From the NCBI GenBank assembly GCA_038087875.1, contig CM075978.1:149978001-150042000 (forward strand): a stretch of DNA of 64,000 nucleotides, written 5' to 3'. Below the pieces are notes generated by a model. It did no database searches. It saw only the letters and a program-made list of their open reading frames with translations, and had not been told where the DNA came from. The translations under genes were made by a program, and so were the position numbers. How positions within the stretch are numbered: the stretch's first letter is position 1; each line of letters starts with the position of its first letter. Of the stretch, positions 24,040 to 36,450 are shown piece by piece. Origin of the DNA: Malacoraja senta. Its lineage: Eukaryota.

Positions 24040-25355
24040 ACCTAAATTCCTGTATCTTTTCCAGCACGTCCCTATATTTATCACTAAATCTTTTTTTGAT
24101 AAATTAGAAAGGACAATATCTAAATTGCAACGGTATCAGTAATATCAAAAACCTATACAAGGATGGCATCTTTTCGTCCTCTGCGGAGTTCTCGTCCAAC
24201 TACAGCCTCCCAAACTCCCACCTTTTTCGTTTTTTCCAGATTAAGGATTTTGTGAAGAAGACATTCCCCCATTTTCCAAATCGCCCCCCTGAAACCCTGA
24301 CCGATACCATCTTAGCTCTAGATCCCAACCGGAAGAAATGCATCTCTATTTTGTATAACTTGCTAGGGTCGGTTATATTGAAACCTCATACCTCATTAAA
24401 AGCTGCGTGGGAGGGTGAGCTGAATACGAAACTAACAGACCAGCAATGGGACTCTGCCTTGGATTTGATCCATTCTTCCTCCATATGTGCCCGTCATGGC
24501 TTAATCCAATGCAAAGTCCTTCACAAAGTCCACTACACAAATGCAAGATTATCTAGAATTTACCCCGCTGTTAGGGACACCTACAACAGATGTAATGAAT
24601 CCCCTGCCAACCATAGCCATATGTTTTGGTCTTGCCCTAAGCTAGTAGCCTTTTGGAGGAGTGCTTTCGACTTGATAAGCAGAGCCTACGGCCAGACTAT
24701 TCCTCCAAACCCAATGTCAGCCATTTTCGGTACCCCTCCCAACACCAACCTCTCTGTTGCGGTGAAACGGGTCCTAGCTTTTACAACCTTGTTAGCCCGG
24801 AGACTGATCTTGCTTAACTGGAGGCTCACCTGTCCCCCGACACACGCCCGTTGGATTAAGGAGGTGCTTTACAATTTAAAGCTTGAAAAACAGGTTCTCT
24901 CTCAAAGGCTCTACCAAGACATTCCTAGACACATGGAACCCTTTCTTGGAACTTGTTAACTCTCTCAACTTGTCCCCGGACTTGGAAGAGGACTGAGTGC
25001 TCTCCACCATTGTTTTGCTCTACTGCAGCTGCTCTCCCCTTAACCCCCCCCCCCACTTATTTATTTAATTACTTACTTATTTACTGTTATTAGTGACCCC
25101 CACTTTTTGTTTCATTTATCTTACCATATATGTGTGGATGTGTACGTGTGTGAGTGTTGTTTGTCCCCGTTTGGTTCCGACCTGATTCGGGTGGGTTGAA
25201 GGTGGGTAAGGGTAAGGGCTTTGAGGGTCGCTTACATACTGTTGCACAATTATGCCTTGACTGTCACTGTCTGTTATCATAGTATGTATGCAAATTGCTG
25301 TGAAATTCAAATAAAAAGATTTAAATGAAAGGAAAGGAAGAAAAGTTGGGGTTAA
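24040..25355 (+). mobile_element. L1-clade LINE, 5'-truncated ORF2 C-terminus (Cys/His finger) plus 3' UTR
   Basis: PKFLYLFQHVPIFITKSFFDKLE at 24041. ORF 24252-24959 reads SICARHGLIQCKVLHKVHYT...RCNESPANHSHMFWSCPKLVAFW. AATAAA and an A-rich end at ~25310-25355. Confidence 0.9.
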
Positions 25356-25589
25356 GAGAGCACGATGTACAAAAAGAAAAAAAAACAAATATTCTCCCAT
25401 TATAATTAAAATCTCGAGGAGTAATAATCTTCATTTATAAAAGCAAATTTTCCGTGCCAGAGAGGTTGCTTCACAGTAATTTAGACTTAGCTTTCTCTTG
25501 CAAATGGAAAGATTTGAATACGTTTTTTTTCCCTGCTATATATAGAGGGTTTGGAGAATAGTGAATTAATAGATTATTTTTGCGTTGTC

Positions 25590-26590
25590 GAGCCAGAGTT
25601 GGTGGAGGAGAGCAGTCCGTGCCGGGATCTCAGCCATTTACAATCTTTATCAATTGCTTAGATAAGGAAGCAGAGTGCAATGCATCAAAGCCTGCTGATG
25701 CCACAGATTGAAATGGGAATGCAAGTCCTGAGGAGGACATGCAAAGGGATTTAAAAAAAAACAGGTATCAATTGGATTATAACATGGACAAATGTGAAAT
25801 TATCCAATTTGATAGAAAAACATTGAATATTTTTTTAGTGTGGGAAAGCCTGGTATTCAGACCTCGTACATGAATCAAGGAAAGATAAGGCCCAGGTACT
25901 GCAAGCAATGGAGAAAGGATTTGCCTATTGGCTTTTATTCATACATTACAATTCCATTAATTGTGAAGAAATATTACTTCAAGTCATAGGACAGCACAGT
26001 GGTGCAGCTAGTAGAGCTGCTGCCTCACAGCTCCAATGACCGGTTTCAATCTGACTTCCAGTGCTGTCCATGTGAAGTTTGCACATTTTCCCTGTGACCA
26101 TGTGGATATCCTCTGAGTGCTTCAGTTTCCCCTATATCCTGAAAATCTGCAGTCTAGTAGATAAATTGGTCACAGTAAATTGCCTTGCTGTGTAGGGCAA
26201 TTGTATAGTCAGAAGGGGCGGAGAAGGCGTATAGGTCGAATTGATGGGAAACTGGGGATAATGGGTTAGGGTCGGATTAATGTCAAAAGGGGTGTTTGAT
26301 GATCAGCGTTGAGTAGATGGGCCAAAGTGCATGTTCCGTGCCAGATCTTCCCATGACTCTATGTGTCACACTGCATACATTTAGGGAATCCTTCTCTGAG
26401 AAAAGTAGTTGTCTTTGAGGGAGTGCAGCTCAGGTTCACCAGGATGATTCTGAGAAGGAACATTCATGCTTGAGATTCCATAAAATGGGTCTATTTTCCA
26501 ATTAAATTGGAAGAATGAGGGGTGATTTCCTTGAAACATAAATATGTTAACAGAGTAGATATTTCCCATTCTGCTAAATCTTGTATAGTC
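25590..26590. mobile_element. Old CR1 fragments flanking an old V-SINE (25988-26365)
   Basis: Decayed 'ctcagccatttacaatctttatcaattgcttagat', 'gctgatgccaca' and 'acaaatgtgaaattatccaattt' motifs, plus a SINE head and core. Confidence 0.55.
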
Positions 26591-26794
26591 TCATAGAACT
26601 GTACAGCATGAAAACAGGTCCTTCGGCCCACCTTATCCATGCCGACCTTGTTGGAGCGAGACCCATTTGCCTGCATTTGGCCCAAAGCCCTCCAAACCCT
26701 TCCTATCAATATATATGTATCCATATATTATTGTAGAATGTAAAGTATCAACAATTTAGGACTGAATCATAGTCATAGAGTCAAATAACACAGA

Positions 26795-27290
26795 AGCGGG
26801 CCGAGGACACTGGTGGCGACCTGAATCCGGAGGCTCGGCCACGGGCCCGGTGGACGACATCGTCGGGAGCGCGCAGGTCACAGGTGGGTGACCTGTTTTT
26901 CTGGGGCTCCCGCAACTACAGCTGCGTCCGCTGGACTGGAGGGCGGCAGCTTCGGCAGCTTCGACCACTCCGGGCCGCGGAGTTTGAACCGGCCCGTCGC
27001 GGAGCACGGATTCAGCCGTGGGACTGACTTACCATCACCCGGCGGGGCCACAACATCAGAAGCCTGGATCGCCTCAGCGCAGAGGAAGAACAAAGCGGGA
27101 AGAGACAGAGACTTTAAGACTTTTGCCTCCATCACAGTGAGGAGGTGCCTGGTGAACTCACTGTGGTGGATGTTAATTTGTGTTTATTGTGTGTTTTGGT
27201 ATTTATTATTATATGTATGACTGCAGGCAACAACATTTCGTTCAGACCGAAAGGTCTGAATGACAAATAAAGGAATCTCTAATCTCTAAA
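26795..27290 (+). mobile_element. GC/CpG-rich non-autonomous retroposon with a Rex1-type 3' tail, inserted in a CR1 tail
   Basis: The 3' part matches 17750-17935 in reverse. It ends stem-loop, TGACAAATAAA, then (aatctct)2. The host CR1 tail flanks it at 26765-26800 and 27293-27510. Confidence 0.65.
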
Positions 27291-27759
27291 AAAGCAGGGC
27301 GGTTGACGCAAATGTCATCCATGCCGATCAAGTTGCCCCATCTGAGCTAGTCCCAATTGCTACATTTGGCCCATATCCCTCTAAACCTTTCCTATTCAAG
27401 TACCAGTCCAAGTGTCTTTTAAATGCTGTTATAGTACCTGTCTCAACTATCTCCTCTGGCAGCTCATTCCATGTACCCAATACCCTATGTGTGAATAAGT
27501 TGCCCATCAACTTTCTTTATGCAATCTTTGGACTTGCCTGCTATTAAGGACTGAATGCTCCACTGGGTATATTCAAGACCAAAATAACTGCATTTTTGTC
27601 TTTCCCAAGACAATTGTGAGGATAACATGAGATAATGGCGGAGGATAGCAGATCATCTCATTAAATGGTGCAGCAAGCGAATAGCCCGCTGCTGTTCCTG
27701 TGTTATGATGAGACTAGCGGTTGAGTGTTGGATACTTGTAAATACTACATTAGTAGTTT

Positions 27760-28030
27760 CAAGATACTGCATGGAAACAGGCCCTTCGACCCACCAAGTC
27801 CACTCTGATTCACACTAGTTCTATATTATCCTTCTTTTGCCTCCATTCGCTACACACCAGGGGCAATTTACAGAGGCCAGTTAACCTACAAACCTGCACG
27901 TCTTTGGGATATGGGAGGCAACGGGAGCAGCCAAAGAAAACCCAAGCGGTCACAGGGAGAACGTATAAACTCCACGCAGACAGGCACCTGAGGCCAGGAT
28001 TGAACCCGGGTCTCTGGCGCCGTGAGGCAT
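27760..28030 (-). mobile_element. HE1-like V-SINE
   Basis: Reverse-strand tail, core and B-box 'ggattgaaccc'. Confidence 0.8.
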
Positions 28031-28799
28031 TGTTGCTGGTCTAATGAAGCTTCTCAGGCAGAGCAGAGAAACTGGGACATCAACTTCCCGATCTTCCTAC
28101 TTAACTGCACAGGTGCAAACTCTGGAAGATGCTGTTGAATTTATTCCTTTATATTAGCACTGATGGTATCTTCATTATTCCAACCACAAAATCTGGCTCA
28201 CGGTATTTATATTAGAATGTGGAAACATGAGTCATCCATTTTGGAATTGGATAGAAAACAGCTGGAGCTCTTAACTGCACTGATCTGTTGTAAATTTGTC
28301 TCCTGTACCCATACAAGGCATCACTGTTAAATTGAGAGCTTTGGGCGGGTAACCCCATTTGACCCTTGAATGAAGTTCTTACTTCACATCTGTTGTTTAT
28401 AAAAGTGCGGTACATCCACATTCTGCTAAATTCCCAACCCCTCACACCATACAGAATGGCCATGAGGGGAACTGGCTGGTGCAGTGGTTAGACTGCCTTT
28501 CATGTACAGGTATTGTTTATTCATTGGGTCTGGGTTTGAATCTTTCCCATGCTAGTGGGGTGAAGATCTGCATTGCTTTCTGTCCAAAAACCTACTGGGA
28601 ATTTTATCTGCCGGCCCAAGGCTTTCATGCTGTGTAGAAGTTTCAAAACGGAGCATCCAGCTCTGATAAACTGTTCAATGGGAAATGCTATGTCTGTGTG
28701 AATATCTTGGATATGGAGGCTGTTTACTCCTGGAGTTAGATCAATCAGCCTCCCCCCCTCCCCCCCACGTCCTCTGCCACTATATTCCTTCCTCTCTAC

Positions 28800-29098
28800 G
28801 TTAGAATTTAGAGATACAGCGCGGAAACCAACCCTTCGGCCCACCGAGTCCACGCCGAAGAGCAATCATCCCGTATATTAACCTTCACACATTAGGGATA
28901 ATTTTTACAACTTACCGAAGCCAATTAACCTACAAACCTGTATGTCTTTGGAGCGTGGGAGAAATCTGGAGCACCCAGAGAAAACCCACATGGTCACAGG
29001 GAAAATTTACAAAGTATACAAAGTCCGTAGGGGACAGCACCCGTATCAGGATAGAACCTGGGTCTCTGGCCACTGTCATTGCACCACTGTGCCGCCCC
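28800..29098 (-). mobile_element. HE1-like V-SINE, followed by a Penelope 3' fragment (~29100-29390, plus strand)
   Basis: SINE motifs, then 'gtcccgacccgaaacgccgcctatccatgttctcc...gagttactccagcac'. Confidence 0.8.
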
Positions 29099-30789
29099 TC
29101 TGGCTTCACAGTTCACTCCTCTGGCTTCACAGTTTATTCCTCTTCTCTCCTTACCTTACAGCCTTATGTCTTCTTTTCATCTCTGACCCTTATCCACCCA
29201 CCTGCCCATTAAACAACCCTCCTCCTCACCTGTATATACCTATCACTTGTCTGGCTTTGTTCCATCCCACCTTCTTTCCAGCTTTCTCCTCCTTACTACA
29301 ATTAGTCCCGACCCGAAACGCCGCCTATCCATGTTCTCCACTGATACCGCCTGACCCATTGAGTTACTCCAGCACAGTGCTTTCTTTTCTAATGCAGTTC
29401 ATGTTGCATGCTGAATAGGTTGAATAGGCCGTAGATGCAAGAATAGGGAAGGTGAAGGCTTACTGCATTGCATGTCAAGTGACTTGGCTCTACCTGAGTC
29501 ATTGTCAGGGAGTCCACCAGTGTACTCCACAGGGGTATTTTCATAGTAAGTCTTAACGTCAGCAGTCGGGTCATCACCTTTATTTGGGCTGTGGCACCGC
29601 CTTTCACTTCTGACACCAGAATCTCCAAATAGGCATTGACGATGTGTTGTACCTACATCCATCTCTGATCTACCACTCAAAAGCCAAAGCTGCACCAAAT
29701 CAGCCCGACAACTCAATTCTGTAACTTGCCTTGAGAACTGCTGCTTTTAGATCCATCACTATGGTGAACGATCACAACCTAAAACCTTAACGCTTTGTGG
29801 AACTCCCAGTACTGCATAGGTGTGGAACTCACGAAGCATTGCATATCCTGCATGGATTGAGATTGTTTCCCAAAGATCCTGTTGGCACTGACCCTGGTGA
29901 AACAGCCTTTCACTGTGTGGCTTCAGCAATGCAAGAGGTTCAATGCCCTGTCGGTGTTGTATGCCATGAATGTGGGAGAGAAATTGTAGCAACCAGCAAG
30001 AAAATAGTTACTTCAGCTTAGGCTGTGCTGGGACAGAACAAAATATATTGCATTGGACAAATAATTATCTGCACGAAGAAACTGCAGATGCTGGTTTATA
30101 CCAAAGATAGATACAAAGTAACTCAGCGGGCCAGGGAACATCTCTGGAGAAAAAGGATGGGCGACTTTTCAGGTCGGAACCCTTCATCAGAATGGAAAAA
30201 ATAATTGTCTTATACACTTTGTTGGTAAAATACTCAGTGAGTCAGGCAGTATCTGCAGAAAGAGAAATAGAGTCAATTTTTCAGTACAATAATCTTTTAT
30301 TGCAATTACCTTGCATCACATCTTGGTATTATAATGTAATGCCTAAGAGAAAAAAAATCACTAGCTCTTAGTTCTTTCCTTTCTGAATAAGAATGATGAA
30401 AAGGATATTGCGTAGAATGCACCATTCCTTGTTCATTCCTGTGCAGAATTCTTATTCAGTTCTTGTATATGGAATTCCCATTTATGGAACTTGAGACATC
30501 CATTGAGATTTGTTTAGAGTTACAGCATGGAAGCAGGTCCTTTGGCCCATCAAGTTCATGTCAACCAATGATCACCCATCCACATTAGTTCTCTATTATC
30601 TTGCTTTATTTGACACAATATTTGGAATTGGTGAATTGAGGGATTGATAATTGGTAAATCGAGTTCCCATTAATGGATGGGTCAAGGACCAGGGGACACA
30701 CATTTAAAGTGTTGTCAATAGAAACAAAGCGGATTTAAGGAGACACAAGAAACTGTAGATTAGAGGAGAACCTTACTAACATGGGCAGT

Positions 30790-31050
30790 AGGAAAGACAC
30801 AAAATGTTGGAATAACTCAGCGGGTCAGGCAGCATCCCTGGAGAACACAGATGGGTGGTGTTTTGGGTCAGGACCTTTCTTCAGACTGATTAAAGTAGTG
30901 GGGGACAAAGCTGGAAAAGAGGTGGGGGTGGGTCCTGACCCAAAATATCGCCTATCTATGTTCTCCAGGGATGCTGCCCAACCTACTGAGTTACTCCATC
31001 ATTTTGTGAATTTCCTTGGTAAACCAGCATCTGCAGTTTCTTGTTTCCAA
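30790..31050. mobile_element. Penelope-like fold-back insertion within an old CR1 tail
   Basis: Antisense arm ~30795-30890 and sense arm ~30930-31048. CR1-type sequence lies on both sides. Confidence 0.75.
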
Positions 31051-33104
31051 CATGAGCAGTAGTCATGATGTGGTATTCGCTGTCTGAAATAATCCACTGA
31101 GCTTTTAAAAATGAATTGTATAAGCACTTGAGAAAGTTTAATTTGTAGAACCATTAGAAAAGATCAGGGGTATGGGGCTGATAGGATTGCTTTAGTCGGC
31201 ACTAGCTTGATAGACCAAATAGCCTCCACTTGAGCCATTTATGATATCAGCATAGAATTATTTCAATTAAAATGAGAAAGCACACATTTACATTGTCATT
31301 TAGTTTTTTTTTGCTTTTTCTTAAATCAAACTATTTCCTGTTGGTTTTGTTGAGACTGAACAAAAATCAAAACTTCACACAGATCGAATTTACTGAATGA
31401 ATGATTAAATGGGCTGTGGTACAAAGGTTTGCAAATTGGCTATTTTTGCCTGCAGTGATCCAAGAATAATCCTGATCCAAGCATAACATTTCCAGCCAAA
31501 CTAGTTATACATTTATCAGGATTCCGCCTGTACCTATTAACTTTTCTTTATAAAAAAAAATCAAATCCAGCCTTCTGTGTTAGAAACGTAAAGGAAGAGA
31601 TTGGTTTTGGATTTTAAGCCCTCTGGTTGAGCTCAGTGTTGTAATCTCAGACCTTTTCTGATACTCATTAAATTACAGACTTTAATCTACACCACAATGG
31701 GAGGAGGAACTAGGATGAGGTTATTTTCGACAGAAAAGACTGCCACTCCTACAGAAATCTTCCCTTTTTAAAAATCTTTTTTTTTGTTGCCAGGCTTTCT
31801 TTTAATATCAATAGAAGAGCAAAATAAAAATGTATTTTTTTGCCTCCAGCGTAGGAGTGATTGAAGTGTGGGAGCCTGCGTGTACAAACAGTGCTGGTGT
31901 GTCAGAGGTGATGGCCAGGTATACAATGTAACTTATTACACACACCAATAAGCAAGTTGGAGTGTCACACATACTGCAAAGCATTTAAAGCCCCACAACT
32001 AAGAAGTGTAAGATGACTCCTCTAGAGCAGAAGCTTCCAGCACCTCACATTTTGGGAACAAGATGAACAACGTTCCCATTGTTTGCGATGGGCTCAAACA
32101 GCTAGAAAAACATGGGCTGTGCGTGTGTGTTTTTTTTCAAAAGAAATAGACTGAAACAGCACTGTAATGTATGGACTTGGTCGCCTTTATTTAACATGTC
32201 CTACAGATCATTATCTGAATAAATCACGACATAATGGGCTCTGTCGCTGGATATTTGCAATAAAATAAAAACCCTTGCATGTGCAATGCAGTCTTGGGGT
32301 GGATCTGCCTCCACTTTGCCTGTTTGCTGCTTGCCTTGGAGTTGACAAGCAGGTAGGATAACACAAGAGTAATTATAGTTCAGCAGGGCTGCCAGGTGTG
32401 ATAAATGAGCAATCAGCACGCAGAAACCTGGGTTCTCAAAGGAGGACTATTACCAGCTTATCAGCTGCAGGCTTCACGACTGCTGCCTAGAACAGAGAGC
32501 ATGGACAGCCCCCATTTGCTATAGTCTCCTGCCTATTTAACAAAACATGTGTATTCATAAAACCAGCCAAGGTCCAGGTGTCTGGTGTTTGTCAATTGTG
32601 TAGTACAGATTGTACCAATATAGACTTAAATTATTGATTGCCTGTATAATAAGAGCATTTTGAGTGCACTCTGCATTAAAGGGAGGTGGGGATGAGGGTT
32701 GTTTTTTTTCTTACCCCAGAAAACCCCCCTTCTGTTTGTTCCTGGATTAATCTATTTTGTGCTGATGCACAATAACAGCAAGAATTACCTGCTTAAAATA
32801 TTCTCAGTGAAAACAATAATACAAGGTGTCCACATGTGCAAAGCAAGAAAAAAAGTCATGGGAAGATTTCTCAATTTTCTGCCCTCCAGCATTTCCCTTG
32901 GGAAGGTGCAAATGAAAGCACTAATGTTTATAATCTTAAAATTCTGAGTGTGTTAGTAGAAGGCTTCACCCACATTCCTGCACAGAATTATATGATTTGA
33001 AGTATTTTTTTTCCATAAAATAATTCTGATAGGAACAGTTCAATTGCTTAATATCTCTTTTTAGCTGCAAAGCATGTTTGGACACCCCCAAGACCCTGAT
33101 AAGC

Positions 33105-34560
33105 ACTGGATTGGAGGGTAGCTAATGTTACCCCACTTTTTAAGAAAGGAGGGAGAGAGAAAGCAGAGAATTATAAACCAGTTAGCCTGACATCGGTGGT
33201 GGCGAAGATGCTAGAGTCAATTATTAAAGATGTAATAGCGAGGCATTTGGATAGCAGTAACAGGATCGGTCCAAGTCAACATGGATTTACGAAGGGGAAA
33301 TCTTGCTTGACTAATCTTCTGGAATTTTTTGAGGATGTAACAAGTAAAATGGATAAGGGAGTGCCAGTGGATGTAGTGTATCTGGACTTTCAGAAAGCCT
33401 TTGATAAGATCCCACACAGGAGATTAGTGGGCAAAATTAGAGCACATGGTATTGGGGGTAGGGTATTGACATGGATAGAAAATTGGTTGACAGACAGGAA
33501 ACAGAATAGGAATTAACGGGTACCTTTCAGAATGGCAGGTAATAACTAGTGGGGTGCTGCACGGCTTGGTGCTGGGTCCGCCACTATTTACAATATATAT
33601 TAATGATTTTGATGAAGGAATTAAAAGTAACATTAGCAAATTTTCAGATGACACAAAGCCGGGTGGCAGTGTGAACTGTGAAGAGGATGCTATGAGGATG
33701 CAAGGTTGCTTGGATAGGTTGGGTGAGTGGGCAGATGCATGGCAGATGCAGTATAATGTGGATAAACGTGAGGTTATCCACTTTGGTGGCAAGAACAAGA
33801 AGGCAGATTATTATCTGAATGGTGTCAGATTAGAAAAATGGGAAGTGCTTTGAGACCTGGTTGTACATCAGTCACTGAAAATAAGCATGCAGGTACTGCA
33901 GGCAGTGAAGATGCATGTTAGCCTTCATAACAAGAGGATTTAAGTATAGGAGCAAAGAGGTCCTTCTGCAGTTGTGCAGGGTCCTGCTGAGACCACACCT
34001 GGAGTATTGTGTACAGTCTTGGTCTCCTAATTTGAGGAAGGACATTCTTGCTATTGAGGGAGTGCAGCGTAGTTTCACGAGGTTAATTGCTGGGATGGCA
34101 TGACTGTCATATGATGAAAGAATGAAACGACTGGGCTTGTATTCACTGGAATTTAGAAGGATGAGAGGGAATCATATAGAAACATATAAAATGATTAAGG
34201 GATTGGACACGCTAGATACAGGAAACATGTTTCGGATGTTGGGGGAGTCCAGAACCAGGGACCACTGTTCAAGAATAAGGGGTAGGCCATTTAGAACTGA
34301 GATGAGGAAAAACGTTTTCACCCAGAGAGTTGAGAATTTGTGAAATTCTCTGCCTCAGAAGGCAGTGGAGGCCGATTCACTAGATGCATTCATAAAAAGA
34401 GTTAGAGCTCTTAGGGCTAGCGGAATCAAGGGATGTGGGGAGAAGGCAGGAACGGGGTACTGATTGTGGATGATCAGCTGTGATCATATTAAATGGCGGT
34501 GCTGGCCCAAAGGGCGGAATGGCCACCTCCTGCACTTATTTTCTGTGTATCTATGTATTT
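33105..34560 (+). mobile_element. CR1 LINE, 5'-truncated; RT domain with frameshifts and stops
   Basis: WRVANVTPLFKKG...PVSLTS...QHGFTKGKSCLTNLLEFFE...DVVYLDFQKAFDK...LGPPLFTIYIND...KFSDDTK...PHLEYCVQ, followed by the 3' UTR. Confidence 0.97.
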
Positions 34561-34599
34561 ATAAAAGTAAGCCTTTTCCTTGAAATTGTTAGAAAGAAA

Positions 34600-35245
34600 G
34601 TCCTTGCACTTCTATAGGACCTGTCACACCCTCAGGGGCATCTCAAAGACAATAAAGCTTTTTAACGTTTTGTCGCAGTTGTAATGGGGAAATGGAGTTC
34701 CTGGTTTGAGTACCGCAGCCTCTCACGAACTGCAAGCAATTGGCTTTGGTGCTGTTGGTTTACTTTACTTTAGAGATTACAGGCCCTTCGGCCCACTGGG
34801 TCCACATCGACCATTGATCACCCGCACACTAGTTCCATGTTAAACCACAGTCTGAAAAAGGCTCCCGACCTGAAACGTCACCCATCTTTTTTCTCCAGAG
34901 ATGCTGCCTGACCCACTGAGTTACTCCAGCACTTTGTGTCTATCTTCGCATTCTAGACGCTAGGGACAACTAACCTACAAGCCTGCACGTCTTTGGAATG
35001 TGGGAGGGAACCAGAGCGCCCAGAGAAAACGCATGTGGTCACAGGGAGAGTGTAAAAACTCTGCACAGAACATCACCGGTAGTCAGGATCGAACCTGCGC
35101 CTCTGTGCCACTGGTGGTTAAAGAGTAAAGTTTCAGCCAGGACACCTCTTTCCTAAATACTGTCAAATATATTATTTTCTACATCTTTTGTGAAGGAAGA
35201 TTGGGTCTCGGTTGATTGGTGCATCTAAAGATGCATCATCTTAGG
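34600..35245 (-). mobile_element. Deu/SacSINE1-like relic hosting an HE1-like SINE (34760-35110), which hosts a Penelope end (34848-34945)
   Basis: Three-level nesting with host sequence continuous across each insert. Confidence 0.6.
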
Positions 35246-35269
35246 ACTGGCTCAGGTCTGCACAGAATA

Positions 35270-35680
35270 AGGATGAAGGGAAAACCTAAATGAAACTTAC
35301 CGAATAGTGAAATGTCTGGATGGAGTGGATGTGGAGAGGATGTTTCCACTGGTGGGAGAATCTAGGACAAGAGGCCATAGCCTCTGAATAAAAGGATGTA
35401 CCTTTAGAAAGGAAATGAGGAGGAATTTCTTTAGTCAGAATGTGGTGAATCTGTGGAGTTCATTGCCACAGAAGGCTGTGGAGGCCAAGTTAATAGATAT
35501 ATTTTAGATGGAGATTGACAGATTCTTGATTAGTAAGGCTGTCAGGCATTATGGGGAGAAGGCAGGAGAACATGGTTGAGAGGGAAAGATAGATCAAGCA
35601 AGATTGAATGGCAGAATAGACTTGATGGGCCAAATGGCCTAATTCTGCTCCTATAACTTATAAACATGAATTTATGAATT
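35270..35680 (+). mobile_element. CR1 LINE 3' end
   Basis: 'ggatgtggagaggatgtttccactggtgggagaatctaggacaagaggccatag...ctgtggagttcattgccacag...gggccaaatggcctaattctgctcc'. Confidence 0.85.
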
Positions 35681-36164
35681 GCCAGTCAAGATTTTGTGCA
35701 CTGACCTTTTCCTCGAGGTGGCGTGATTGTATTGTAGAACATAAAACCGTACAGCACAGCCAACATGATGCACCATTTGTTCAATTTATAGTCATGTGCT
35801 AACGACACTTTAACACTGCTTTCCAGACGCATGTCTTGCATTGCCTTAGATGGCCATGAATGCCAATATTACAGGAAAACCACCGCCCACACATTTTCTT
35901 CCCAAGTTACACACCATCCGGACTTAAAAGTATATCAATGTTCCTTCGATGTCGCTGGATCTATGTACTGGAACTCCTAACGCGGTAACATTGTGGGAGT
36001 AGCTTCACCCAACAGATTGCTGCATTTCAAAGATTACAGCTTTACACAACCTACTCAAGGGCAGTTAGGGGTGAACAATAAATTCTGGCCTTTCTCATTT
36101 CCTTTAAATTAACAAAAAAAAATTGGGCTTCAACATAACCTCCTGACTATGGGGCTGGTGTGCT

Positions 36165-36450
36165 AATATAAGAACATAACAAAATTGGAGGAGTAGACCA
36201 TACTGCTGCTCAGCCCTGATCCACCATTCACTAAGATTATGGCTGATCTGATCCCTGGCCCCAACTCCACTTTCCTGCCTGATCCCCATAACCCTTGATC
36301 TCCCTACTGTCCAAAAATTGATCTATCTCCGCCTTGAATAAACCTAATGACTCGGTTGCTGCAGAGAATTCCAGTGATACATGACCCCGTGAGAGAAGAT
36401 ATTCTTCCTCATCTTAGTCTTTAAATGGCCAAGTGCTTATCCTGAGATTA
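36165..36450 (-). mobile_element. CR1 LINE 3' end (older subfamily)
   Basis: 'aagaacataac...ggagtagaccat...ccaccattcactaagattatggctgatctg...gagaattcca'. Confidence 0.7.

Noticed and set aside
29781-29820. KTLTLCGTP resembling a protein-kinase activation loop
   Set aside because: A stop follows within four codons, and there is no DFG, APE or other kinase motif nearby in the frames examined.
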